In this document: piece after piece, positions 62,609 through 64,000 of the stretch
How the letters are laid out: the number at the start of each line of letters is the position of its first letter
Position numbering within the stretch: the stretch's first letter is position 1
Origin: Eledone cirrhosa
Taxonomy: Eukaryota
Direction: 5' to 3'
Assembly: GCA_964016885.1 (NCBI GenBank)
Contig: OZ024741.1
Span: 63,550,001 to 63,614,000 of the forward strand
Length of the DNA stretch: 64,000 bases
Program-made: the position numbers and the translations under genes
Notes under the pieces: generated by a model
Seen by the model: the letters and a program-made list of their open reading frames with translations, nothing else
Told to the model about the DNA's origin: nothing
The model's database searches: none

Positions 62609-63226
62609 GGGCGAAATGAAAAAGATACATAAGGCATGGTTTTTATATAGGAGTGGTATTAAACCAGAACAATAATATCAATGATAAAATAAAATAACTA
62701 GATAGCAGATAGTTAAAATAATAACATCAATATAAGTAAGAGATAGAGTATAATGAAGAATCTAGCATGTTAAACAGACTGATATGATACAGATGTATGG
62801 AATTGACATGTGAAAACTGCTATAGAGTACATTAGATATAGTGATGGGTGGCGACTAGATAACAATAACCACTAAAATGTACTTGGAGACAGAATTTATG
62901 AGGTATCCACTATGCTGTAGGTATTCTGGCAATAAACCAGAGATTTACTTTTAATTTTTTTATTTGACAGATAAACATTTTCGTTTGATTAATTTAGTGA
63001 TGATGATAGTTTATATGTGGTGTTAAATAGAGTTGTAGATTCGTGATTTAAGTGGCCTATACTAAAGGTAGGGATTGTTAGTTCGAATCGTGGGGGTTTA
63101 GTTTTCACAGCATCAATAACAAATCGTGTATAAATAAGACAGTGATAACAACAAAAATAGAAGCATTAAAGGTAATAAAATAGTAACATGTGCAGATCTA
63201 GTCCTGTAGAAGCTCTTCTATATTAA

Positions 63227-63268
<42 letters not shown>

Positions 63269-63505
63269 ATTATTTCTACTTTTGTTACAAGGCGAGCAAT
63301 TATCCCAGTGCATTACTGGTACTTTATTTTATCGACCCCGTAAGGATGAAAGGCAAATTTAACCTCGGAGGGATATATATAATAATAATAATAAACTTTT
63401 ATATGTCTGCCTCTCTGTTTTTGTTCCCGTCCAGGTTTTCACTATATATATGTAACGGCGATGATTTAGTTTTACGAGGATTTTGATATGAAATCGTGTG
63501 TCGAA

Positions 63506-64000
63506 ACAAATATTGTTATACTTGGGGAGGATTATATTTGTCTAATATTGCCAGAATGAATAACAGAACACACTCACTATTTGGTTGGTTTTCGCTTCTG
63601 TGTCTTTTATATCGGTTAATTTAATTTATTCGATCCTCAATGTTACGATTGACTGACCAACGGTTAAAAATACAGATACAATATAGACACAAACACATAT
63701 ATATATAGTCTAACAAAGATGGCATAGGCATACAATGCAATGGGAGGAAACATAATAGCACCACTGACGGTGTTGCAGATGTGCTATGAAAGAACTTTGT
63801 TAGACTATATATATGTGTTTGTGTCTATATTGTATCTGTATTTTTGACCGTTGGTCAGTCAATGGTAACATTGAGGACCGAATAAATTAAATTAACCGAT
63901 ATAAAAGACACAGAAGCGAAAACCAACCAAACAGTGAGTGTGTTCTGTTATTAATTCTGGCAATATTATTACAACCCTCCCCAAGTATAACAATATTTGT
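63506..64000. repeat. Long inverted repeat (arms >200 bp, ~76-bp spacer), runs off the window end
   Basis: 63506-63718 is the reverse complement of 63795-64000 with few mismatches. Confidence 0.95.

Overview
Repeat-dominated, AT-rich eukaryotic DNA with no recognisable host gene; the SINE families and huge (TA)n-derived arrays suggest an octopod cephalopod (inference). Most long ORFs in the track are microsatellite artefacts. The real coding content is transposon-derived: (1) an intact Merlin/IS1595-type DDE transposase whose last codons lie inside a long inverted repeat, next to a related MITE with a 9-bp TSD; (2) two head-to-head Penelope-like elements (RT and/or GIY-YIG) with hammerhead-bearing pLTRs; (3) a near full-length CR1-group LINE plus a 5'-truncated sister copy, both inside TA arrays, with an unusual ORF1 (Myb/SANT-like + polyQ + two CCCH fingers); (4) CRE-, R4/Dong- and RTE-derived remnants, Helitron-like elements and about 18 tRNA-derived SINE copies. 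About nine hammerhead-ribozyme-like motifs from different families, some with non-canonical cores, and several fold-back palindromes sit next to (TA)n tracts. All calls were made by eye without database searches.
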